Of a DNA stretch of 64,000 nt, positions 13,791 through 27,851 are shown in pieces. Every line of letters begins with the position of its first letter. Within the stretch, counting starts at the first letter, position 1. The notes under the pieces are model-generated. The model was given only the letters and a program-made list of their open reading frames with translations, was not told the origin of the DNA and made no database searches. The translations under genes were made by a program, and so were the position numbers. This stretch comes from Octopus sinensis (lineage: Eukaryota), in contig NC_043009.1 of NCBI RefSeq assembly GCF_006345805.1, positions 32,054,001 through 32,118,000 on the forward strand, written 5' to 3'.

Positions 13791-13858
13791 ATATCTTAAT
13801 AAAGAATCCAATGTAAACTACAAACAGAGGGTCCAACTCTTGGAAAGGCAATCACAGA

Positions 13859-13923
<65 letters not shown>

Positions 13924-14124
13924 GGTGGTGGTGATGACGACGACGGTCATAATGTTACACAGGCGCACACATATGAGCTTAAGTACACGTAGAGGCTTAG
14001 TGGAAGGAGTTGAGTGACAAAAGGGAGGACAACAAATGAAGAACAGTACATTTGTATGAGGCAGGAATACACACACACGCACACGTACACTCACACACAC
14101 GCACAGATATCTTGTTGACATAAG

Positions 14125-14560
14125 AGTTTATAAACTGGATCTTTTCGGTTTGAACGACAGTTTTTTCTAGCGGTGTCATATGAAATTGTCACCCATAATT
14201 ATGACCCTAGTATCAATCTATTGCATTTCAATCTGTTTTAGGGTTAGGGTTAGGGTCGGGGGAAGGGTATCTTTTTTTCTTCAGAAATGTAAATAAACCC
14301 AATCTGTTTCTTAAACGAGGGACATATTCATACGGCACAGAATGTTTTCACCGCAATAGACGTCATTGATTGGTTGAAATTGTAGAAATTGAAGAAAAAA
14401 AACAACAAATATCTTCCAAACTATAGAATTTTCTCAATAAAGCCAAGAGAAAAAGATGTTTTATAAACACATTCTACCAGTATACGAAGTTTAAAAGTGT
14501 TTAGTTACGTGGAAATTATTTTAGAAAACTGCCGTTCAAACCGAAAAGATCCTATAAACT
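14125..14560. mobile_element. Non-autonomous DNA transposon with about 35-bp TIRs and internal (TTAGGG)3
   Basis: ggatcttttcggtttgaacgacagtttt ... aaaactgccgttcaaaccgaaaagatcc; ttagggttagggttaggg at 14238-14255. Confidence 0.8.
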
Positions 14561-14949
14561 TTCAAGAAAACATGAAATAATTCGTTTTTGCAACTGGATC
14601 TCGAAGCATACGTAAAGCTATAAATTGTAGTTTGTAGACATTTAGTTGGAAAACCCTTTTGGATGGAAAAACTTGATGCAGTTTTTGACTTCCCTTATCC
14701 ATACGGGTTTTCCGAACCAATATCCAGGGGTTGTTATTTATAGCTTTATATGTGCTTCGAGATTCAGTTCCAAAAGAGCATTGTATTTGTGCGTGTGCAT
14801 GTGTGTGTGTGTGTGTGTGTGTGTGCAGGCACATATACGTATGGGAGGAAGACTATGATATAGAAAGTATATGTGAAAGATAGAATGATAGGAAAGATAC
14901 AAACGGAAAGGAAGATGGATGTGTAGGCACAAGCACAGACGTATTTACT

Positions 14950-15796
14950 TACACATACATACAGGCATACACACAAAAACATGTAGATGACACACACACA
15001 AACACATACAGACAGACAGATACACATACATACATACACACATACATACATACATACATACATACATACATACACACATACATACACACATACACACATA
15101 CATACATACACACATACATACATACATACACACACACATACATACACACATACATGCATACATACATACACACATACATGCATACATACATACATACATA
15201 CATACATACATACATACATACATACACGCATACATACATACATACACACATACATGCACACATACATACATACACACATACATACATACATACACACACA
15301 TACATACATACATACACACATACATGCATACATACACACATACATGCATACATACACACATACATGCATACATACATACATACATACATACATACGTATG
15401 TACGTACAGGCATGCAGACATGCAGACATACATACATACATACTTACATACATACATACATACATACTTACATACATACATACATACATACATACACACA
15501 CACATACATACATACACACACATACATACACACACACATACATACACACACACATACATACATACATACATACATACATAAATACATACATACATGCATA
15601 CATACATACGTATGTACGTACAGGCATGCAGACATGCATACATACATACGTACATACATACATACATACATACATACATACATACATACATACATACATA
15701 CGTACCGGCATGCTGGCATGCATGCCTGTCTGTATTGGCACTATGCAAGTCAGAGATAATGATTTCAGTAACACATTTAGTGTGAGTGCGTGTGTC

Positions 15797-15839
<43 letters not shown>

Positions 15840-15840
15840 A
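14950..15840. repeat. Long compound (CATA)n/(CA)n microsatellite
   Basis: Visible array; source of the 160-336 aa artefact ORFs. Confidence 0.95.
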
Positions 15841-15983
15841 AGGGAGACCGTGAAGGAGAATAAAAGAGAAAAAGTAAATGGAAAAACTGATAGCAAAGTG
15901 AGACAGACATTAACAGAAAGACAGGCAGACGACAGCTAGACAGACAGACAGACAGTCAGTGAAACAGACAAACAGACAGACAA

Positions 15984-16040
<57 letters not shown>

Positions 16041-16949
16041 TAAAAGAGAGAAAACTATTAGTGGAAGGGTGAATGAGAGAAAAAGGAAGGAGGGGAAATA
16101 TGAATGGTGGGAGAGAGAGAGAGAGCATGGTGGGAAGTGAGGTTCAAGGTTTGAAATAGTAGGAGGAGGAGGAAGAGTGAGAGAGAAGAGCTGAGAAAGG
16201 GGTGAGGTTAGAGTGAAGGGGAATGCAATATAAGAGAGAAAGATATGTAGTGGGAGGAGAGAAAGAAGATAACATGAGGTTAAATAGGAGAGGAAGGTGA
16301 GGGAGAGAGAGAGAGAGGAACAGTGAGAGGGGCAGATGTAGTAGGAGGCAGAGAAAGGAAAAAGAGAAAGAGTAAAGGTAAGAGAAAGAGGGGGAGTAGT
16401 GAATGTATGAGATGTGTGCTAACAGGTAGTTGGAGGAGAGAGAGAGTTAGAGAGAGGGTGAGTAAGAGGGAGGGATGAGTTGAGTGCCACTCCAAGAGTG
16501 ACTCAGTGTGAAACAGAGAAAGTGAGTAAGGTTTGAAAGAGTGATTTAAAGATTAAAGAAGAGAAAAGTGTATGGGAGTATTTGAATGTGTGTGTGAGTG
16601 TGTGTGTGTGTGCATGTGTGCGTGCATGCATGTGTGTGTAAGTTAATGTGTACTAATGTATCTTTGTAAATGTGACTGAATGTGTGTGTGTCTGTATTTG
16701 TGTGTATGTGTATGTGTGTGTGAGTTTATGTGTACTAATGTATTTTTGTAAATGTGTGTGGTTATCTGTGTTTGAATGCGTGTGTGTGTGTAGATATGTG
16801 TATCACTACATCTATGTAAGGGTGTGTGACAGTGTAACTAAGTTTATCAATCTGTGTGTGCATGAGAGTAAGTCCATCTGGATATGTATATATGTATATG
16901 TATATGTATAAGAATGTGTGTGTGTGTGTGTGTGTCTGTAACAGTAATA

Positions 16950-17382
16950 GGCGCAGGAGTGACTGTGTGGTAAGTAGTTTGTTTACCAACCACATGGTTC
17001 TGGGTTCAGTCCCACTGCGTGGCACCCTGGGCAAGTGTCTTCTGCTATAGCCTCGGGCCAACCAAAGCCTTGTGAGTGGATTTGGTAGACGGAAACTGAA
17101 AGAAGCCTGTCGTATATATGTATATATATGTATATATGTATATATATGTATATATGTGTGGACGTGTATGTTTGTGTTTGTCCCCCTAGCATTGCTTGAT
17201 AACCGATGCTGGTGTGTTTATGTCCCCGTCACTTAGCAGTTCGGCAAAAGTGACCGATAGAATAAGTACTGGGCTTACAAAGAATAAGTCCCGGGGTCGA
17301 GTTGCTTGATTAAAGGCGGTGCTCCAACATGGCCGCAGTCAAATGACTGAAACAAGTAAAAGAGTAAAAAGAGTAAAAGAGT
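16950..17382 (+). mobile_element. SINE family A, essentially full length
   Basis: tRNA-like head with A/B boxes, CORE-like accctgggcaagtgtc, internal (TA) tract and (gagtaaaa)n tail. Confidence 0.92.
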
Positions 17383-17809
17383 GTATGAGAATGTATGCAT
17401 GTGAATGAATGTGTGGCAGTATAATTGTGTGTGTGTGTCAAAGAATATGTATGTGAGTGTATGTGATTTTGTCTGTATGAAAATGAGTGAGTGAATATGT
17501 GTGTGAGAAGATACATGTGTCTGTATGAGTCTGTAAGTGTGTGTGCATACGTATGACAGTATATATGTCAGTATATATTTATCTCTGTATATGCGTGGAT
17601 AGATGTTTGTGAGTGAATGTATGTGTGTGAGTGTGTGTGCTTGTGTGTGTGTGTATGTATTTGTATAAATTTAAGGAGACATTAATGGATGTAGTTCATT
17701 TAAAGAGCAAATACACAATTATATCGTTTAGCCCTAGGTCAGACATCAGCAAGCAGCTATGATCAAATGTTCTCTAGTCATGTCCCATTAGTCTTTTTCA
17801 CGATACACA

Positions 17810-17924
17810 CACACACAATATATATACATACATACATGCATGCATACAAATATTATATAATATATATATATACATATATAACATACATATATATATATAC
17901 CTATGTATATACATACATACACAC

Positions 17925-17957
<33 letters not shown>

Positions 17958-17969
17958 CATATATATACA

Positions 17970-18019
<50 letters not shown>

Positions 18020-18107
18020 TTATATCATTTATATATTATATATATACATATATATATATATATACATACATATATATATATACCTATGTATATACATACA
18101 TACACAC

Positions 18108-18151
<44 letters not shown>

Positions 18152-18163
18152 TATATATACATC

Positions 18164-18201
<38 letters not shown>

Positions 18202-18305
18202 CATATATATATCATTTATATATTATATATACATTATAATATATACATAATATATAATATATATATATATAATATTTATATAATATATATATACATTATA
18301 TATAT

Positions 18306-18350
<45 letters not shown>

Positions 18351-18400
18351 CAATATATATATGTATATGTATATACGTATACACACACATATATATATTA
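17810..18400. repeat. (TA)n-rich microsatellite
   Basis: Visible array. Confidence 0.95.
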
Positions 18401-18451
18401 TCTTTTTCTTTTTTCAGTCATTTAGACTACTACCATGCTGGGGCATCACTT

Positions 18452-18489
<38 letters not shown>

Positions 18490-19532
18490 ATTAAAGGATA
18501 ACAATAATTAAAAATTAATGAATTTTATCAGTGGTCAGAATATATAAAATAAACCTTTTAGGCAAAACCCCTATACAGATATATAATTATCTAGAATAGA
18601 CTCACAATTAAGGACACAGAAGGCACTGTGCCTCTATGCTAGAAAGAGACACCAAATACATCCAACCACAACAAGATTCACTTCAATATACACAGCTTGA
18701 AACTAATACATTTGTATGTGTGTATATATCTATTAATGTATATACAGCACAATATTAACAAATCTATCCTTTTATTACTTAAAACAAAAAAGGTTGAATG
18801 TCATGGAGATTTGGCTGTTATTTCCTGTAGGTGGAGCCAGTGTGTAGAGGTTTTCTTATTGGCTCAAGAAGAGATGGTAATTATGAGAGGAAGGGCCAAA
18901 GAGAAATAATAAAGGGGGCGGGAGCAAAAGGATTAAAAATAAACAGGAGAGGAGAGAAGTTTAAATAGTGCAGATATAGAGGATGCATGCACATGTGTGT
19001 GTGTGTTTCAGTGATTATACAGCAGCAAGGAAATGGTGTTATAAGAGGAAATACAGAGAGTGAGAGAGAGATAGAATTGATTGAAAAAAGTGCAACCACA
19101 AGGAGGGAGGGGGAGAAGTATATGATTGGTAGAAAGGAGGAGATGAAAGTAGTGGTGACTTAGGATACAGGAATAGATATGTGTGTGTGTGAAAGATTAC
19201 TTCAAAACTATATTTCAATATACATACATACACATATATATATATATATATATATATCACATATATACACACACATATATTAATATATATAATATATATA
19301 TATATATACCTACATATATATACACATGTATATATGTGTGTACATATATATATATGTTAATAGTATAAATATATATATATATATGCTCACACGCACACAA
19401 GCATATGTATGTTGTATTTAGGACTAAAGGAATAATGCAAAAATATATATGTGCGTCTGTGTGTGTATGTGTATAAATTTATGTGTGTGTATATATATAT
19501 ATATATATGTATGTATATGTATATAGGTATAT

Positions 19533-19563
<31 letters not shown>

Positions 19564-19594
19564 GTATGTGTGTATATATATATATATGTATGTA

Positions 19595-19647
<53 letters not shown>

Positions 19648-19693
19648 TATATAATATATATAATGCCTTCGAAACATGCCTGACTCCTCTAGC

Positions 19694-19732
19694 GACAGCT
19701 GATGACGGGGGTTTTGTCCTTGTGTACCTGTC
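19694..19732 (+). ncRNA. Vestigial hammerhead motif lacking GAAA
   Basis: gacag-CTGATGA-cggggg..tccttg-tgtac-ctgtc. Stem I gacag/ctgtc is perfect but the GAAA half is missing. Confidence 0.45.
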
Positions 19733-20033
19733 CTGTATTTGGTTTTCGTTTTCTCGTTTTCTTGTTTTTTGTGTTTTTGGCTTTTTCTGTTTCTTTTCTA
19801 CGTACGTCTTATTGTGATGTCCTGTACTTCCGTATAATTATTATATATGCATGTATATATACATGTAGATGTAGGTACGTACATATATGTTTGTATGTAT
19901 GCATATATTTTTATTTATCTCCTATATATATATATATATAACATATGTATATATATATATATAATATATAATATATATATATGTATATATAATATATATA
20001 TATTGTAGATATATAGTATATATATATATATAC

Positions 20034-20114
<81 letters not shown>

Positions 20115-20122
20115 GTATGTAT

Positions 20123-20450
20123 AAAAGACCCCCTTCGGTCATGAATGACCATGGGATTGCACCTAGAAAGTTACCCTCCAAGACACAAGTCCGGGCAAGG
20201 TTGTTTATGGAAGACCAGCAGTCGCCCATGCATACCAGCCTCCCCTCTCCACGCCACCAGTGTTATCCAAGGGAAAGACAAAGGTCGATACAGCTTGGCA
20301 CCAGTGATGTTGCAACTCATTTCTACAGCTAAGTGAACTGGAGCAACGTGAAAATAAAGTGACTTGCTCAAGAACACAACATGCAGCCTGGTCCGGGATT
20401 CGAGCTCACAACCTCACGATCGTAAGCTCGACGCTCTAACCACTGAGCCA
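20123..20450 (-). mobile_element. tRNA-headed SINE (modules A+C)
   Basis: Minus strand reads tggctcagtggttagagcgtcgagcttacgatcgtgaggttgtgagctcgaatccc. Tail is shared with 27474-27662. Confidence 0.85.
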
Positions 20451-20520
20451 TATATAAATATATGTATGCATGTATATATATATATATATAAAAATACATA
20501 TATATGTGTGTGTGTGTGTG

Positions 20521-20748
20521 CTTTCATTCTTTTACTTGATTCAGTTATTTGACTGTGCCCATGCTTGAGCACAACAATGAAAGATCTTTAGAAGAATAAG
20601 TCCATCCTGGAACTTATTTTTTCAAGCCTAGTGCTTACTCTATTGCCCCTTTTTCCGAACCACTAAGAAACAGGAATGTAAACACCAACACCAGTTGACA
20701 AGCGGTGATTTGGAACAAACAAGCACAAAGACACACACAGGCATGTAC

Positions 20749-20800
<52 letters not shown>

Positions 20801-20935
20801 TGATGGGCTTCATTCAGTTTCCATCTACCAAGGCTATATTAAAAGACACTTGCCAAAGTTGCCACAAAGATGGACTGAACCCAGAACCATTTGGCTGGGA
20901 AACAAGCTTCTTACCACACACCCACACCTGCACCT
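20521..20935 (-). mobile_element. SINE family A, diverged
   Basis: Homology to the other family A copies. Confidence 0.8.
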
Positions 20936-20968
20936 GTATGTATATATATACATATATATATATATATA

Positions 20969-22149
20969 TTTTGCAAAAGCTCTTGACAAGGTGGATCAGG
21001 GTATGATATGCCACAAACTGCATGACCTTGGCATAGCTGGAACACTTGGAGTGTGGTTACACGACTTCCTGAAAGATAGGAGTCAGGCAGTAGTGGCTAA
21101 TGGAGCCACCTCTATGCACACACAAATAGTGAGCAGTGTTCCACAGGGCGCTATGTTGGGACCATTGCTTTTTATAGTGGCCCTCTCAGATATGCCCTCA
21201 AGTGCCCGGATGCAGATGATACGAAAGTCTTGCAGAAAATACAAAACCCCAGTGATGTTGCACACCTGCAGCAGGAGTTGGACTCAATTTACAGATGGGC
21301 TGAGGATAATAATATGCAGTTTAATGCTGAAGAATTCTAAGCCCTGCACTATCAGCATCCAAAATGAATATGAAACTTACTGGGTACATCGGTCCACAGG
21401 GAATTTCAATCCCAGAACCTAAGTCAATGAGGGACCTGGGTATCGACATGAATGATGATACCTCTTTCCAAGTGCACATTACCAGGATGGCAACAAAGAG
21501 CAGACGACTGACTGGATGGATCCTAAGAACATTCAGAACCAGAGATAAGGAAACTGTGATGGTCCTCTGGCGGACATTCATCCTCAGTCACCTGGATTAC
21601 TGCTCACAGCTATGGCCACCCACCAGTATGAAATTAACAGCGGACCTTGAAGCAATCCAGAGAAGATTCACAAAGAAGATTGTCTCTTTGCAACAGCTCA
21701 GCTACTAGGAAAGGTTGAAACAGCTAAGACTCTACTCCCTGGAGAGAAGACAGGAGAGGTATGGAGTAATATATATCTGGAAGATCATTTGGCATTGAAA
21801 ACTACACCAATGCCAGAACGGGATGACACTTCAAAGTGCCAAAGATCTCAGCAATGCCATCACATTTCAGGACCAGTTACTGCAACTGCCTGGGTTTCAA
21901 GGGCCCACAGCTTTTTAACATTCTCCCAAAGAGTCTGAGGAACTTGCACAAAGTAGATGTAGGAGTTTTTAAATCAAAGCTGGACCTCTTCCTATCGAGA
22001 GTCCCAGATGAACTTACCTCACGGCAAGAGGTGCAAATGAGGGTAGCTATATCAAACTCCATTCTTCACCAAGTGCCACGTATTAGAGGAGGCTCTCAGT
22101 AATAACAGTGTAGCAAAACGGCTCTGAGCTGAAGCTGGAGAGAGAAAAA

Positions 22150-22158
<9 letters not shown>
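20969..22158 (+). mobile_element. CR1/L2-superfamily LINE, 5'-truncated, pseudogenised RT
   Basis: FAKALDKVD, VPQGAMLGPLLF, ADDTKV, RDLG, LDYCSQLW and LEAIQRRFTK. Contains stops and frameshifts and ends in a poly-A tail. Confidence 0.9.
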
Positions 22159-22191
<33 letters not shown>

Positions 22192-22418
22192 ATGTATTTA
22201 CATATATATAAATGTATATGTATATATGTATATATATATATTATATACATGTATATAAATATATATATACATATATATATATATACACATATATATATAT
22301 ACATACATATATTTATACATATATATATGTGTATATATATATATATATATATGTATATAAATATATACATATATATGTGTATATATATATATATGTGTGT
22401 GTATATATATACATGCAC

Positions 22419-22472
<54 letters not shown>

Positions 22473-24314
22473 CATACACTTACATATATATATATATACT
22501 GAGGATGTTACTCTATCATCATCTTAACGTTTTTAACTTGAAACTACAAATAATTACAACTGCATTTATTTTAACAAGCTTCAGACCTTGTACTTGCCAA
22601 ATTTGTGACATGTATTACCAATGCATTGTAATAACTCTTTAAAAGACTACCTGATTCTTACTGCTGGGCATTTTAACTATCACTCCAGCCATTGCATCTA
22701 GTTAGAAGCCCCCAAAAGAAATAATAAAACTGCATTGTTTCACTTAATCTGGGAATTGAAAAATGCAAATTTATATTTATAATTGAGAATAGAATAATTT
22801 ACTGAGTGCTAAATCCCATACTGGGCATGAAAGGCCATACAATCTGTGCAATTCTAACAGCTTAGAAATTCTCATCCCTAGAGGCTCGAATTTTAATAAG
22901 CATTCTGAAAGAATTTCGTTTAGCAAATACAGAATTCTGAAACTCGTAAACATTTTCATCTAATCACTGATCTTAACAGGTAACACATCTTTGAATGTAT
23001 ACCAAATTCATTTTGGCTGAACTAAACAGATTTACACACACCCACATACACATACACACACATGTACACACACATACACACATTACATACATACATATAT
23101 ATATATGCATATGTGTTTGTATATATATATATATATATATATACATATATATGCATGTATGTATGTTATGTTATGTATGTATGTATGTATGTTATGTATG
23201 TATGTATGTATGTATGTATGTATGTATGTATGTATGTATGTATGTGTGTATGTATGTATAGCATTCAAACAAATGAGTTCACCTTTATTTAGTTCACAAC
23301 TAGCTTTCCTCATTAAATATTTATTAGTTTACAATTTATAGTAACCAGCCAACCATTCTAATTAGACCCCTCTTTGTTAACATTTTTGTTATATTTTCAC
23401 TTTATACACCTTTTGAATTTATACTTCATTGTCTGCTACACACTTATATCCTTTGGTTAAATTATCTACCTACACTTGGACTAATTAAATATTAACTTGC
23501 TAAACTCTTTCACCTTGATTAAATATTTTAGTTTTCTTCACTCATATTATTTTACATCTAATTTATTGTAGCAACCTCTGAAATCTTTGGCAATTTCTAT
23601 AGATTTCACTTACTTATTTCATTCTATTTATTCTGTCTCCCTTGAACTCATTCAGTTATATTTTCTTTCTACTCACAGTTGATCAACTTCCTATTCTTTC
23701 ATTTTAAGCAACCACTTTTCTCATATTATCCCATTTCATTTAATCACACTTATATTTTATATTCGTTTAATCTTATTTCTTCATACATTCATCATATATC
23801 CAATTATTCATTTATTTAATTATCTTACTCAATACTTCTCGATTTAATATATTCATTTTCCTTCATCATTATATATAATTCCATTTTTACTCTTCTTCTT
23901 CTCTCCCCAGTTATGCTACTTTCAATATTCCTATACACCCTTTTACAGTTCAATGATGAATATTTCTATCATTTTATAATTCAATCAGTTGTTCCTTTTA
24001 CCTTACCCTTTAATTTCTTCAACACTTCGAAAATAGAATTTAACCAAACTTATATCTCATATTTATTGTTTCTGTAATATTTGATTTGTTTATTGTTAAT
24101 TAAAATATTCAACACTATAAATAGTTCTAATACTCACTGAAACATATACAGAGTAATTTTAATTTGTTTATGAATATCAAAAATTTGTCACACATATTTT
24201 TATTTTCTTGTCATATATACTATAACATTTGCTCACCTTCACTTAGGTTTGAATGCACATGGTAAATCTGTGCGTGTGCATGTATGTGTGTGTGTGTGTG
24301 CATGTGTGTGCAGC

Positions 24315-24344
<30 letters not shown>

Positions 24345-24351
<7 letters not shown>

Positions 24352-24651
24352 AGAGTTTACGAAAAAAACAAAAGACGAAGACAGGTGGTGTACAAAAGAA
24401 ACAGATATAATATATATATATGTGTGTGTGTGTGTGTGTTAAATGATGATGATGATGATGATGATGATAGATCACTAGCCACTAAACCTTTTCTATTTTC
24501 TCTTCCTGTTTATTTCTGCATTCCTTTCTGTCAAAAGGCATAGGCTCGAAACGTAAAAGACTTTCTCACTTCCTGAGCATTAAAATAATACATCTGTTTG
24601 TTGTTTACACACCTGTCTTTGTCTTTTGTTTTTTTGTAAATTCTCACTATA
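24345..24651. mobile_element. Small element bounded by about 60-bp inverted repeats, containing a hammerhead relic
   Basis: 24345-24406 is an imperfect reverse complement of 24592-24651. A cttt-CTGTCAA..gctc-GAAA-cg-TA-aaag motif lies at 24524-24559. Confidence 0.6.
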
Positions 24652-26855
24652 ACCCATGCTAGCTTGGAAAAACGGACGTTAAACGATGATGATGATGATG
24701 ATGATATATTACTGTTCTGTTACAGGTAGAATCAGCAAAAAAATTATTCCATCCAGTGAGAGATAAATATCATTTAATGTACACAGTATTTAAATAAGAG
24801 CTATTAATAATTTCATACCATGGAGAAATGGTAGAAATTCAGCACATTTATATAAGATGACTAGTGTCTCCAGGGATTGAGAAGAAAAATGGTGAATAGA
24901 AACAGAAAAAAGGAAAGAAAAGAAAGCTAAAAGTTGTATCACCTGTGTCTGTGGAAATGATAATTAATCTAGCTGGTGAGGAAGCCAATGCCTATGAAAC
25001 AGCTTTTCGGTCCAGAGAGGGTTATGAAGATTCACTCAAGGCCTTTGGGTAGAGTTTCACATTTGTTTTCTTACAAGGAAAAATTTGACAGTGACTTTGA
25101 AATTTCAACTCAGTTTTCTTTGCCAAGTAATCTTCAGTAGAGTGGTATGGTTGAGAATTCTGATCTACAATAACAATTTAAAGGGATTTGAAAGTCTACA
25201 GCTATCACTTAGAATCACATGAAGGTGAGCCAATAAGGAAGCATCTGCATTATCGTTCAACATGCTGGAAATGCTCTTGAAATTTACTCATACGAAACTC
25301 TGCTATGTCAGTTAGGCCATCATCTCTGTATAATCATTTTTATTTTACTGAATATCTTTCCTATTTTTTTTTTAGAGTATATAGTCCTATTAGTTCACAT
25401 ATCTCAGGGAGAAGGTATAAGCAAGAATCATTTCTTGCTTATACCTTCAAGGTACACTTGGTTATTTAGTTTTAGAAGGAATTATTCATTTGTGGGAAGA
25501 AACTCTGTTGGAATGCATATAAAAAAATTGGGCATTCAGCTAAGAGAATTGCTAAATTTTTTAGATAAAATAAACACAATTGGTCGTAGGCTTTCCCCAA
25601 TCTACATTGAATCACCTCAAATTTTAGGACATCATTTTCAAATGATGTTGCTTCATACACTGCTTTTCAGATGACTATACAAATTTATGAAATAATGTTG
25701 CTACCTAAGTTCTTTATCTTTGAAGTGGAGTGGTTAACAACCTTTTTTATAAATATGTTGCCATTTTGTTTGGCTTCTTAGAAAGTTAATATTTCCCTGT
25801 CATTAGGCTTATAAGTTTTAAAATAGATTGATTTAGACAGAAATTTTGAGGATGAGCACTTTGAAGTAATTTTCTTGGATCTTGTATTCGTCCACTTTTT
25901 GTCTGCCTGTATTTTGGAAGAATGTTAAGCCATCATCTCTATGTGGTCTTATCCTGATTTGGTTAATCATCATATTTTTTTTTTTTGTTTTTGCTTTTTA
26001 TGCATATAGTCCTATTCGGTCATATATTTTTGATACTGCTTGCTTTCTTCATTCAACTATAGAAATGGCAAATGAAAGAAAGACAACTAAAGACAATACT
26101 CAATAAAAATGTTACAAAATTAATGAAAATGATTGCCATATTCAAATTTAGAAATTCACGCCAATGTATATTAAAGCTGCAGGAAACATGAAAGGGAAAA
26201 GTTCTCTGGTGAAGAGTAGAGTAAAATTCTAGGAAGCAAATTTTGTTTACACACGCGCACACACACATGTATATATGTATAGGTATATAATGTATGTGTG
26301 TGCATAAATAATTCACTCATACACACAAACACACGCATCTATTCTTAGATAGCTTTCTCTATGGATTTTTGTTGATTAACTTATTTTTATTATTGACTTC
26401 CAAGCACACTTTCTGTGGCTTTCACCAATTGTGAAATAGTTCATTAGCTAAAACAACATATATTCATTTACAACAACAACAAGTGCGAAATAATGTATAA
26501 ACAATTGGCAATGAAGCACTTATAACGACAGAATCAAACAGGTTTCAGCAATTAACAGCTCTTAGATATCTTTCATGATTACTTGAACAAGGATGCTTTT
26601 CCAGAAATGGATCCACAATAATGATATTAAATGTTATGGTTTTCTGAGTTTTTGTCTAGGTTCATCAATTCCAATGCTAAAGCCAACTGAATAAAGGCAT
26701 ACAATAATATTAACAATGATAATAACAATAATAATACCAATAATAATATGGACAACAACAACAACAACAGCGACGATAATGATTACAATAACCATGGAAA
26801 ACAATGTAAGAAGAAAGGCAGTGTGTGTATATATATATGTATACATATATATCTA

Positions 26856-26899
<44 letters not shown>

Positions 26900-26929
26900 A
26901 ATCTATCTATCTATCTATCTGTCTGTTTG

Positions 26930-27018
<89 letters not shown>

Positions 27019-27166
27019 CTATATATATATATATATTGAATAAAAAAGAGTATAACTCTTTCCACAAAATAATACAAAAGGGCTCAATATAGTGAGCAAA
27101 TATCGAAGTTCAAGGAGGGAGAGAAGACAGATTAGTTTATCATCCTTCTAATCCAGCCAATGTGTA

Positions 27167-27662
27167 GGCACAATGGCCCTGTGGTCAGGGCAGCGGACTC
27201 ACGGTCATAGGATCGCGGTTTCGATTCCCAGACCAAGCGTTGTGAGTGTTTATGAGCAAAAACATCTAAAGCTCCACGAAGCTCCGGCAGTTCCCTGCTG
27301 TACTCTTTCACCACTACTTTCTCTCACTCTTTCTTCCTGTTGCTGTTGCACCTGTATTTCAAAGGACCAGCCTTGTCCCACTCTGTGTCACGCTGAATCT
27401 CCCAGAGAACTACATTAAGGGTACACGTGTCTGTGGAGTACTCAGCCACTTGCATGTTAATAAATGAGCTGCGATGTCACTGGTGCCAAGCTGTATCAGC
27501 CCTTTTGCCTTTCCCTTGGATAACATTGGTGATGTGGAGAGGGGAGGCTGGTATGCATGGGCAACTGCTGGCCTTCCACAAACAACCTTGCCCAGACTTG
27601 TGCCTCAAAGGGTAGTTTTCTAGGTGCAATCCCATGGTCATTCATGACCAAAGGGGGAGGGG
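27167..27662 (+). mobile_element. tRNA-headed SINE (second head + modules B+C)
   Basis: ggcacaatggccctgtggtcagggcagcggactcacggtcataggatcgcggtttcgattccc head; modules shared with 20123-20450 and 54570-54806. Confidence 0.85.
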
Positions 27663-27851
27663 TCACAAAACAACATCACAACAATATGGCTAATATATAT
27701 TCAAACTGGGAATACAATAAATATATACATATATATTTATAACTCTTTCAACTTTTTTATATTTGTTACTGATATCACACTGTCGTTGTGTGATAAGCTC
27801 TTTTTAAAAAAACTTAATCCTTTTAAAAAAGTAATCTTTAAGACAATTCTT

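Noticed and set aside
14238-14255. Telomere or chromosome-fusion relic
   Set aside because: Only three units, lying inside a TIR-bounded element.
14764-15910. Long ORFs of up to 336 aa (MYVC/HTYI repeats) and similar ORFs throughout the window
   Set aside because: These are translations of stop-free microsatellites with no coding complexity.
16950-17015. tRNA gene
   Set aside because: The A/B boxes belong to SINE heads; there is no complete cloverleaf and the sequence continues into the SINE body.
25250-25330. Minus-strand terminal-exon candidate RDDGLTDIAEFRMSKFQEHFQHVER*
   Set aside because: No phase-compatible upstream exon was found and the protein was not recognised.
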